Source of the DNA: Octopus bimaculoides
Lineage: Eukaryota
Direction: 5' to 3'
NCBI RefSeq assembly: GCF_001194135.2
Contig: NC_069003.1
Location: forward strand, 24,616,617-24,650,202
DNA length: 33,586 nucleotides
The notes under the pieces are model-generated. The model had not been told where the DNA came from. It saw only the letters and a list, made by a program, of their open reading frames with translations, and made no database searches. This document shows positions 23,672 through 33,526 of this stretch, in pieces. The number at the start of each line of letters is the position of its first letter. Position 1 is the first letter of the stretch. Made by a program: the position numbers and the translations under genes.

Positions 23672-24033
23672 ATATAAACTCATATGCTGTGGGATTTACA
23701 TTGTTGCATGGTGGTCACTTGAGATATGATAATTGTTTTAACTGCAGGTGGGGGTATTATGTTGAGTCTATGATGTGTGGTTTCTGAAATACCATTGGCT
23801 GGTAATTGTATGACGTATAACGTGTGTGAACTATTGGTGGTGGGGGATGTACTATAGTATCGAGTGTTGATTATGTAAGATTACATTGCTGTTGATATTG
23901 TTATTCAACAGTAATTGAACAGATCTTAAGCTAAGCATTCCACCTTTCTTGGCTTTTAGTCAAACACTATTCAATGTGACCTACATTCTTTTAAGAAAGC
24001 AAGAGGTGATATTATCCTTATTATTATTATTTT

Positions 24034-24570
24034 ATGTTTGACTTTTGTTTTGCATTTGTACAAGTTTGATCCAAGTCTCACCCAGAGACCTCAAGAGACA
24101 ACAAGTTAGAAGTTCATGTAGGTGTTATGCCTAGGGTACCATATATTTCGATTTGTACATAGTGCTGTTCTAGAGAATGTTTAAGAAACCATAAGAAAAT
24201 TATGTGTTTGTTTTAAAATTTGAGATCACATAGACAGTATTTTACGTAGGATATGGACAGTTCCCATGAGCACTATCTTTTGAACTTCAGCCATTTTGGG
24301 GTTTCCTGGTATCTGAGCTAGGTAGTAATCAGCCCGTTTCGCTGTCATTCCCAGGGCACCTATGACAATAGGTATTGTTTTAGTCTTCAAATTCCACATT
24401 TTGCCAATTTCTATTTCAAGATCTTTATATTTGCTCAGTTTTTGGTAGGTCTTGACAGATACGTTTATATCGATTGGGACAGTCATATAAATGAGGAGGC
24501 ATGATTTTTGTCTGAAGTCTTTCAGTATGATGTCTGGCCTATTTGCATCTATCTTTTCTGTCAGTTTGAA
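24034..24570 (-). mobile_element. R4/Dong-like LINE 3' fragment, best-preserved RLE domain
   Basis: Open frame ANRPDIILKD...KLSKYKDLEIEIGKMWNLKTKTIPIVIGALG...ILRKILSM*; (ATT)n at 24018-24031 and 24571-24615. Confidence 0.93.
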
Positions 24571-24617
<47 letters not shown>

Positions 24618-24639
24618 GGTGGTGCAAAGTTGTTAGTAA

Positions 24640-25190
24640 GAAAGAAGATAAAACTCTCTCTCAGTCTGGTAAATGGCCCTGCTCAATATGTAGGAAAGGT
24701 GTTGGAAGAAATTCCATTCGCTGCACCCAGTGTAAACTATGGACACATAAAAGGTGCTGTGGAATCACAGGTAGATTAACAGGTAAAGTAGTCTTTGTAT
24801 GTGGCAAAGTAGTCTTTGTATGTTCGTTTGATGTACAGGAACAATAAGCACTAAGAGCACACGGGACTTAGATTCTCTCAAATGTGAAGGAGGCTCTCTT
24901 GAGGTTGTAGATAGTTTGTGTTACCTAGGTGACCAAATTAGCAATGGTGGAGGATGCTCTGAAAGTATTGTTTCTAGAATAAGAATACGGTGGTGGAAGT
25001 TCAGTGAGCTGTTACCTCTGTTGGCAACAGGACTCTCTCTCAGAGTGAAAGGTAGACTGTATAATGCTTGTATGTGAACGGCTATACCCAGTTGTGAGAC
25101 GTGTCTCACTAGTAGTGAGACACGTCTTCTGAATGCAGAAGACGTGTAGACTGGAGAGAAATGAAAGTAGTATGCTCCGTTGGATGTGCA
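24640..25190 (+). mobile_element. RTE LINE fragment (Cys-rich insert plus post-RT region)
   Basis: GKWPCSICRKGVGRNSIRCTQCKLWTHKRC; EVVDSLCYLGDQISNGGGCSESIVSRIR...LRVKGRLYNAC; RLERNESSMLRWMC. Confidence 0.9.
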
Positions 25191-25204
25191 TTATTATTAT
25201 TATT

Positions 25205-25722
25205 AAGAGAAAGAGCAGTGTATGCTATCAAAGTGGCACTGGGGTGCAAATGTACAAAGCCCAATATATATCATCTGATAAGGGTACATCAGGCACATGC
25301 ATCACAACCATATTTGTGCAACATGGTGATCTCTTATCAAGATTAACAGTGCATGACCTTGCAGGTGCGACCCAGTTAGGAGTTTATTCCAGTCAAGTAG
25401 CTCATTCTGCTCAAAGGTCCTTGAATAAGGTTTGCTTTAAGGATGATTAACAAAGCACCCATGTTTCCAGGAGTGAATTATTCAAATCCCGAAGAATTCC
25501 TCTTAACACATGGCTATGATGCTCCCCTACTACTTCTGCTCGTGATCAGAGATGTACATATTGTCAGCCACAAAAGGACATGCTCATCTGGTTAAGGTCA
25601 AACAACTGACAAGCAAATCTGTGGTATTGAGCAGAATATTTGCTGTAGCTTATCTTTTATACCAAGGCAAAGCAATGTTCATGATAACACTTCTAATCAG
25701 TTGAGATCAAAAGCCATGAGAA
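25205..25722. repeat. Unclassified about 0.5 kb segment bounded by (ATT)n on both sides
   Basis: (ATT)n at about 25190-25204 and 25725-25758; no motif recognised; probably a retroelement 3' end. Confidence 0.4.
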
Positions 25723-25723
25723 C

Positions 25724-25759
<36 letters not shown>

Positions 25760-25760
<1 letters not shown>

Positions 25761-27300
25761 ATAGTCTTATTTTTATCACGTGCTTTCACTGCACTACTGA
25801 GTGCAGCTCTGTAAACCCTAGGTATGTGCTGTTGTGTGTTTTGGTGCTGATATTTTCACTGTGCTTTATGTAGAATGTGCACTGTGACTTGTAGTATTAT
25901 TTTCTGTATGTTGTATACATTTGTAAATTCTGGTGTTTTGGTTATGTATTTGTTTGAATGCATACCTAATGCACCTATTATTATAGGGTGGAGGTGCAGT
26001 TTCCCAGTGGTTAGGGAAATGGACTCACAGTCATAGGAATGCAGTTTCGATTCCCAGAACGGGCATTGTGAGTGTTTATTGAGTGAAAACACCTAAAGCT
26101 CCACAAGGCTCTGGCAGGGGATGGTGGCAAACCCTGTTGTACTCTTTCACCACAATTTTCTCTCACTCTTACTTCCTGTTTCTGTTATACCTGTATTTCA
26201 AAGGGCCAGCTTTTTCACACTCTGTGTCACACAGAATCACCTCGAGAACTATGTTAAGGGTACACATATCTGTGGAGTGCTCAGCTGCTTACACATTAGT
26301 TTCATGAGCAGGCTGTTCTGTTGATCAGATCAACTGGAATCCTTTGTCATTGTAACCGATGGAGTACCATTATTATAGGAATTGTTTCTGTTTTTAGGCT
26401 CCACATTCGAGTTACCTCTATTTCCAGGTCCTTCTATTCTGAGAGTTTCTCCATTTCTTTTAGAGATACATTGCCATCTGTTGCTATTGATATATCGATC
26501 AGAAGGCATTTTTTTACTTGGTGATCTCTGACAACTATATCCGGTCTATTAGCCTTGATTTCTCTATCTGTGTGTTTGGTATATCCCAGGGTATGGTTGC
26601 TTTCTCATTTTCTGAGACCCTTTATGGGGTGTGCCTATACCGTCTTTTTTCTATTGTTATTCCAGTGTTGGCATAGCTTCCAGTGTATATGGGTCCCAAT
26701 TCTGTCATGACTGTGAATATATTCCTTCTTAGCCAGGACAGGCATTCAGAGACAATATGATTTATTGTTCCTTCTCCATCACCAAGTATTCTGCAGTTAC
26801 TTGTATTTTTTTTTTTTTTTCTTCATTATGTGCTTTTGGTGATTTCTGGTGGGAAGGCTTTGATCTTGTTCTGCAATTAAAAATCCTTCAGTCTCTGATT
26901 TGAGTCCTGAGCTTCTTAACCGTTGTTGAAATTTTACTTTATCTATTTCTTTTTTGTTTAGCTCAACCCAACATTTGCCACGAAGGGGCTTTTCTTGCCA
27001 TCGTTTTATCATGATACATTGTTGTTTTAGTTTTGATTTCATTTGTTTTACAGGTTTTGTTGTTTCTTCTTTTTCTTCATAATTGTCAGGTTCTATGACT
27101 TCTTGTATTTGCCAGCATCCTTACAAAGAGAAAACAGTTTTTTGTTTTGCTCGTGTTTTGTGTCTATTTGTACCAGCTTTCATTGCTTCTGAATTAGGTA
27201 TTTCTGTAATCCTATGGTGGTTATTTTGTAATAGTTTTCACCTTCAATACGTTGTATATATCACCTGTCAGATTTTGGGTGGTGCATCCTAAATCCTGTC
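25760..27300 (-). mobile_element. R4/Dong-like LINE 3' fragment with nested SINE
   Basis: TGFRMHHPKSD, QQRLRSSGLKSETEGFLIAEQDQSLPTRN, ANRPDIVVRD...KDLEIEVTRMWSLKTETIPIIIGALG (frame restored across the SINE TSD); 3' end abuts (ATT)n. Confidence 0.9.
25988..26368 (+). mobile_element. Family A SINE, with TSD
   Basis: TSD attattatagg at 25977-25987 and 26369-26379. Confidence 0.92.
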
Positions 27301-27644
27301 ACTATTGCGTTTTTGAGAAAAAACACTTCATCACATGTTGCTCTATGATCGCTTCGACACCTGATGCGTGGTACACTGTGCACCTGTTCAGAGTACCTCG
27401 ATTTGATGGAGAGGGTGAGCTAATGGATGGCATGAGCATTTGATCACTATGAACAAATCAGTTGTGCATATTGTTTGGCAAAAGCTGAACACTCATACAT
27501 CATCCTTGATAGAAGAGTCCATCATCATTATTGACATCACATATGTGGAACCCACGCTTCAAACATCTCTGGTGAATATTCTCTAAATTTGCTTTTTCTT
27601 TGGTCATTTTCGGTCACTGAAATTGTAACTGTTACTTTTTTACT

Positions 27645-28295
27645 CTTTTACTTGTTTCAGTCATTTGACTGTGGCCATGCTGGAGCATCACCTTGAGGGG
27701 TTTCACTTGAAGAAATCAAGCCCAGGACTTATTTTCTTAAGCCTAGTCAGTCTCTTTTGGCAAACTGGTAAGTTACGGGGACGCAGCTACACCAATACCA
27801 GTTGTCAAGTGGTGATGGGGGGAAAACACAGATACACAGATACAAAGACACACACACAGAGACATATGCATATATATATANNNNNNNNNNNNNNNNNNNN
27901 NNNNNNNNNNNNNNNNNNNNNNNNNNNNNNNNNNNNNNNNNNNNNNNNNNNNNNNNNNNNNNNNNNNNNNNNNNNNNNNNNNNNNNNNNNNNNNNNNNNN
28001 NNNNNNNNNNNNNNNNNNNNNNNNNNNNNNNNNNNNNNNNNNNNNNNNNNNNNNNNNNNNNNNNNNNNNNNNNNNNNNNNNNNNNNNNNNNNNNNNNNNN
28101 NNNNNNNNNNNNNNNNNNNNNNNNNNNNNNNNNNNNNNNNNNNNNNNNNNNNNNNNNNNNNNNNNNNNNNNNNNNNNNNNNNNNNNNNNNNNNNNNAAGG
28201 CTATAGTAGAAGACACTTGCCCTAGGTGCCATTCAACAGGACTGAACGTGAAGCCATGTGGTTGGGAAGCAAGCTCCTCATCATACAGCCATGCC
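27645..28295 (-). mobile_element. Family B SINE spanning an assembly gap
   Basis: Tail and body at 27645-27880, head and CORE at 28197-28295. Confidence 0.8.
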
Positions 28296-28939
28296 TGTGT
28301 CTTTTGTTTTGCAGATGTATCCATGTTTCCACTGAAAAATTTCCATATCATTTCAATCCTGGAACAGGCATTTTTGCTTCTTCCGTATAGTTGTTCAGAT
28401 ATATGTTTTCCATGGGTTTTGTCTTGTTTTTTTTTTTGTTTTTTTTTTTTCACAAGATGGCTAGTAGAAGTTGAAACAGAGGAGTGGTTGTTGGAGAAAA
28501 AAATGATAAATAGACGAGAATCCAGTTACTGGAAGATGAACACATCCTTCCAGGTGAGGAAAGATTTTAGGATCAGATTAGTATACTAGTTAAGTGGGAA
28601 TTTACAACAGGTGGTGGGTTTCTCTAATAAGGAAATTCAAAGAGACAGCTGTTAGTTTTAGCCAAGAAATTGCTTTAGAAAACTATAGAGTAGAAAATAA
28701 ACTAGTTAGTATCTTCGAAGAGGCATGTAGAAGAGAAATAACAATGTGCTAGCGACAAGAATGGCCTTTAACCATTTCTTCGATGTAAAACATGAAGGTT
28801 TTACTGTTCAAGCTGGGGGTGCATGAGCTGAGACATCAAGGCTGTAAGGCCATTGTTTGTGCCCAGGTGAGCAAGGTACAACATGGCAACAAAGCTAGAA
28901 TTCGATCTGTGACAGCCCAAAGCAGTCATATGATCTGAT

Positions 28940-29140
28940 TCCAAGCAGTGAGCTGGCAGAAACGTTAGCACGCTGGGCAAAATGCTTAGCGGTATTTCGC
29001 CTGCCACTACGTTTTGAGTTCAAATTCCGCCGAGGTCGACTTTGCCTTTCATCTTTTCGGGATTTGATAAATTAAGTACCAGTTACGCACTGGGGTCGAT
29101 CTAATCGACTTAATCCGTTTGTCTGTCCTTGTTTTGCCCC
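28940..29140 (+). mobile_element. Family C SINE (tail variant as at 10075)
   Basis: gagctggcagaaacgttagc...aatcgacttaatccgtttgtctgtccttg. Confidence 0.85.
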
Positions 29141-29227
29141 CTTTTTGATCTGTGCTGCTTTTTTGAATAAATTTTGATTCTAACGACAAATGACAGCAAA
29201 ATGTAAAATAAAAAGTTAGCACAGACT

Positions 29228-29354
29228 TCCTAACCACATGGTTCCAGGTTCAGTCCCACCACGTGGCACCTTAGGCAAGTGTCTTCTACTATAGCCGTGG
29301 GCTGACTAAAGCCTTGTGAGTGGATTTGGTAGACAGAAACTGAGAGAAGCCTGT

Positions 29355-29400
<46 letters not shown>
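29228..29400 (+). mobile_element. Family B SINE, 5' half
   Basis: aaccacatggttccaggttcagtccc...caccttaggcaagtgtcttctactatag. Confidence 0.85.
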
Positions 29401-29407
<7 letters not shown>

Positions 29408-29576
29408 GTATGTATATATACCTCTGTGAGGTCCAGCACTCAATGATTTTCTTTTGTGCCATCACCACAGGTGCGCTTATATCTATCTNNNNNNNNNNNN
29501 NNNNNNNNNNNNNNNNNNNNNNNNNNNNNNNNNNNNNNNNNNNNNNNNNNNNNNNNNNNNNNNNNNNNNNNNNNNN

Positions 29577-29860
29577 NAAAATTGGACAAGAACGCAAAAC
29601 ATCCAGATAGACGAAACAAAAAACAAGGACAGGTCATTTGGAGTTTTCTTTCATCAGTCAGGTTCCAGATTATCATTGAAATTTCGGCTGGTTATACTCG
29701 AGATTGCTCCAATCTGGCCAGCCCCAAGGAAAAACTAAGCTAAGAGCATTAGATTCCTTGGAAGAAAGCAGCGAATGTATACAAAAACAAGGACAGAAAA
29801 AAACGAACAATGTTATACAAATACAATATAAATAATAACAGTATATAACAACATTGGTAA
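29577..29860. repeat. Unclassified structured repeat, possibly a PLE terminal region
   Basis: Internal direct repeat aaaaacaaggacag (about 29620 and 29785), A-rich flank, short stems ggctgg/ccagcc; class not established. Confidence 0.3.
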
Positions 29861-29864
29861 CGGT

Positions 29865-30060
29865 CACGCTCAAATGGTGCTATTTACGTGCCACCAGTAT
29901 GGAAGCCAGACAGCTGGTGCTCTGGCAACAATCATGCTCAGATGGTGCTCTTAACAATTTACTGGTACAGGTGCCATCACGATTTCGCTTTCGCTTGCCC
30001 CAACAGGTCTTCGCAAGCCGAGTTTAGTGTTCAATGAAGAGACGTTGGCATGGGTGGTAC
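29865..30060 (-). mobile_element. RTE 3' UTR fragment (family D, upstream part)
   Basis: tttcgctttcgcttgccccaacaggtcttcgcaagccgagttt matches 31385-31435. Confidence 0.7.
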
Positions 30061-30514
30061 TTAGTATTATGGTGTCATGGGATGTGATTTGTGGTGGAAG
30101 ATTTAGTTGCTATTTCCAACAATTCTCTCAATGACAGTTTCTGTCCTTGGCTTAGGTTAGTTGGTTTAGATAAGCTTAATAATGTCTTATCACATGTTTC
30201 AAAGTTTATTTTCAGAACAAAAAAAAAGGAAGAGAAATGTTAAAGTTTATCATTTCACAGTAACAGCTTAACAAAAGGCACAGATAGTAGGTATGTGTGT
30301 TGTATTCAAAGTTCTATCATTGCAGACAGCCTCAAAACCATAATGATTTGGAGTAGGGGTGTGGTCTTAGTCTTCATCGATAATTTTGTTCATGTCCGTG
30401 ATATTTTATAACACGAAATTAACCTCTGTATTTGACTGATATGCTATTTTATTAACCTTGCTGAGATATGAATGCAAAATATGACAGTGAAGGGTAAAAA
30501 ATAGACTGGCTGTC

Positions 30515-30745
30515 CTTTGGTTACGACAATGAAGATTTCAGTTGATCTGATCAATGGAACAGCATGCTCATGGAATTAACATCCAAGTGGCTGAGTATTC
30601 CATAGACATGTGTACCCTTAATGTAGTTCTCGGAGATTCAGCATGACCCAGAATGTGACAAGGCTGGCCCCTTGAATTACAAATACAACTCATTTTTGCC
30701 AGCTGAGTGGACTGGAGCAATGTGAAATGAAGTGTCTTTTCTACT
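30515..30745 (-). mobile_element. Hybrid SINE (E-type centre, A-type tail), 5' truncated
   Basis: Homologous to 22598-22880. Confidence 0.75.
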
Positions 30746-31009
30746 CTAGGCACATTGTTTTGAATTAATCACACATTATCTTGTATATTTTTTTTAGAAT
30801 GATATTGTAGGTTAGGTGTGAGAGGTTGGATCTGGTCAGTTATAACATAAAGCAGGTTGAACATTTGGGCTAGGTATCGCCAAATTAAATGCTAAAGTGT
30901 TAATAAACACAGGTAAATCATTGAAGACTAGGCCTTTTGATTTGCCAGTTTCAAGCAATATCATTTAATATGATCAGTTCACTTTTATACATTTCTGCCA
31001 GAAGAGTTT

Positions 31010-31042
<33 letters not shown>

Positions 31043-31435
31043 GTTTAACGTCCGCTTTCCATGCTAGCATGGGTTGGGCGATTTGACTGAGGACTGGTGA
31101 AACGAGATGGCTACACCAGGCTCCAATCTGATTTGGCAGAGTTTCTACAGCTGGATGCCCTTCCTAACGCCAACCACTCTGAGAGTGTAGTGGGTGCTTT
31201 TACGTGCCACCAGCACAAAGGCCAGTCAGGCGATACTGGCAACGGCCACGCTCAAAATGGTGTATTTTATGTGCAACCCGCACAAGAGCCAGTCCAGGAG
31301 CACTGGCAACGATCTCGTTCGAAAATCCTTACACATGTCATGGGCACAAGTGCCAGAAAGGTGATGCTGGGCACAGGTGCCATCCCAATTTCGCTTTCGC
31401 TTGCCCCAATAAGTCTTCGCAAGCTGAGTTTCGTG
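31010..31435 (-). mobile_element. RTE 3' UTR/tail element (family D), longest copy
   Basis: (cat)n tail; internal imperfect tandem unit ttta.gtgc.acc.gcacaa...gccagtc...ctggcaacg. Confidence 0.85.
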
Positions 31436-31730
31436 TCCAATAAATACAAGAGAACTGAGAACTAAGTCATAATGAACTTCTACCTTAACACTAAATTTGT
31501 TGCCATACTCCATACTCATTGTTAGCTCTCACCTTGCTGTATAATTCCCTGTACGAGGCTTTTATGAACTTCACAATCCATTCATTTGCTCCTAGCTTCC
31601 TTAGTGACCACCAGATAACAGATCAAGACACCCTGTCAAGAGTTTTCTCTAGGTAAATGCTTGCAAAGTTGAGTAGCTAAGCACTTCTGCTGTTGTCTCA
31701 CTAAAAAGAGATTATCTATAGTACTTTCCT
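31436..31730 (-). mobile_element. RTE reverse transcriptase fragment
   Basis: STIDNLFLVRQQ...; YGNKFSVKVEVHYDLVLSSLVFI corresponds to FSVKVGVHQGSVLSPLLF. Confidence 0.8.
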
Positions 31731-32044
31731 TGGTAAAACTGAAATGCCTTTCATCAACATTAACTCTTTCCTTAATCAAATAAGCCATAATTTTTTTATA
31801 TGATATGCATTATATATATAGCTGTCTGTGGAGTGCTCAGCCAACTGCATGTTAAGTTGATTTCATGAGCAGGCTGTTCTGTTTGTTCTGTTGATCAAAT
31901 CAACTGAAACACTTGTTGTAACTGCCAGAGAGCCAAGGCATGTATATATGTATGTCTACATCTATACACACACACACACACACATATAGCTATATACATA
32001 TAAACATGCCTTACATACACACATATATATAATGTATATGTGAA

Positions 32045-32049
32045 TATAG

Positions 32050-32110
<61 letters not shown>
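32045..32110. repeat. (TA)n microsatellite
   Basis: Direct observation. Confidence 0.95.
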
Positions 32111-32111
<1 letters not shown>

Positions 32112-32158
32112 ATAGTAATAATAAATGGAGCAAAACGCATGTCAATAAAAGTTCCTTT

Positions 32159-32249
32159 AATTCCTACACATGTTTCAAAATAAATGAGAGCTCTTTCACA
32201 AAGAAGAAAGAGTTGTTGGGGTTCCTCATATATTTCTCTTCTGGGAGTT
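32159..32249 (-). ncRNA. Degenerate minimal type I hammerhead ribozyme (HHR-B)
   Basis: Stem I AACUCC/GGAAUU (5 of 6), core CAGAAGA (U4 changed to A), about 12-bp stem II, GAAA-C-AUGU-G-UA cleavage site. Confidence 0.75.
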
Positions 32250-32332
32250 CATAATAAAACATATAATAGCAAGACAAAAACGAAATGATGAAGTAACTTA
32301 TGAGCGAAGAAAAGCAACAAAAATTCATTAGG

Positions 32333-32429
32333 TTATAGCAGTACGTACGTTTTGTACAAACTTCATTTATTTATGTAGTGAGAACACCACATAAGATGTG
32401 TAATGAAAATGTACTCCTCAGCTGCATAA
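32333..32429 (-). ncRNA. Minimal type I hammerhead ribozyme with one core substitution (HHR-A)
   Basis: Stem I UUAUGCAG/CUGC(U)AUAA, core CUGAGGA, stem II GUACA/UGUAC plus extension, AAAA in place of GAAA (CpG-type change), C-GUAC-G-UA with palindromic loop. Confidence 0.8.
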
Positions 32430-32532
32430 TGGAAGTTCATTTTAGAAAGTCATTTTGTAGATGTGTGCAAATACAAGAGTAGGAGATGAAGAAAATACCA
32501 TCTTGACTGGGCTGTTAATCAACAGTCTAGTG

Positions 32533-32600
32533 AATCAAACATGAATTTAATTTCATACCCCTCCAATTAGTATATATTGAAATTAAATTCATGTTTGATT
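32533..32600. other. Perfect 23-bp inverted repeat with a 22-nt spacer
   Basis: aatcaaacatgaatttaatttca (32533-32555) / tgaaattaaattcatgtttgatt (32578-32600). Confidence 0.9.
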
Positions 32601-32726
32601 GCAATAATAAATCTCTTGATTTTGTTTTTGGTTTTCACCCTACCAAATTCTGGTGCCTCAAACATTTTAAATACCACATTTAATCTTTTGATTAAATCTA
32701 TATTATATATATATATACACACACAC

Positions 32727-32944
32727 ATATAAGTATGTAATATGAAGAAACAAAAGACCTGGTAATTCAATCGGCAAACATGACTCTTATTAGAGATGGA
32801 TTTAAAGGACAATTGTACATGATAGATTAAAAATATATAAATACACAGACATTTTTTAAAAATATAAGTAAATAAATTTATTAAAAATATATATGCGGAT
32901 TGAATTACCAGGTCTTTTTGTTTCTTCACATTACATATTTATAT
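32727..32944. mobile_element. MITE-like or fold-back element with about 50-bp terminal inverted repeats
   Basis: 32727-32776 vs 32894-32944 are inverted with about 3 mismatches and 1 indel; AT-rich interior. Confidence 0.65.
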
Positions 32945-33187
32945 CTTTTGTCTCAAAATTACTCTTGATCACTTCTAAGTCAAAACCTCTATATTGTGAG
33001 AGAATTTCTAATCAATTACATATATGTATATATATATATGTTTCAGCCAATCAGCTAATTCTAAAATCTCTGTAGGAGATGCAAATAGTAACTCTACTGG
33101 AAAGTAATGGTCGTTACCACCTCAAGAGGTAGTAACAAATATATTGCAAACTAGAATGAATGACTGCCATGTCTAGCAGACAGGTAT

Positions 33188-33237
33188 AACCTATATCTAT
33201 GAAGGGTCATGCTCAGAAACTAGCTAGTCGATTGGTT
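33188..33237 (+). ncRNA. Degenerate type I hammerhead (HHR-C)
   Basis: GAAA, palindrome ACUAGCUAGU, GUC site, stem I AACC..AUC/GAUUGGUU, stem II GGG/CUC; the CUGAUGA core is damaged (only UAUGA remains). Confidence 0.5.
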
Positions 33238-33466
33238 CCTGCTACTGGTGGATGGGAGTTGTTCGTTCCCTTGTTTGCAATATAATGAATGGCAATAATT
33301 ACACCACAGCTGAAAATTCATTGCTGATGAGAGTAAGAGATAACCTCCTACCTTTTACCCTCATAGCCAAAGCTGATGACCAGCACCAAAGGGAAACAAT
33401 TTCCATTGTTTAAATCCATATCGTTTCCTCCTCCATATTTTAAAGAGGCCATAGGCCAACAGGTCT

Positions 33467-33526
33467 TAGGGTCTGAAGATACATCATAAAGGTACCCTTT
33501 ATATCGAGAAACCCAGGGTAACCCTA
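33467..33526 (+). ncRNA. Type I hammerhead candidate with intact core (HHR-D)
   Basis: Stem I UAGGGU/ACCCUA (6 bp), CUGAAGA 33473-33479, distal stem AUAAAGG/CCUUUAU, GAAA 33508-33511, CCCAGGG, GUA site; the basal part of stem II is poorly paired. Confidence 0.65.

Noticed and set aside
23690-23900. Possible LINE APE endonuclease relic (minus strand SSDHH, YIPP-like)
   Set aside because: Needs several frameshifts; not distinguishable from chance by eye
29630-29740. Minus-strand CUGAUGA plus GAAA and ggctgg/ccagcc stems (hammerhead or HDV-like)
   Set aside because: The strands cannot be arranged into a consistent hammerhead or HDV topology
31190-31320. Spaced repeats resembling a CRISPR array
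   Set aside because: Imperfect tandem units within an RTE 3' UTR in a eukaryotic context, with no unique spacers and no cas genes
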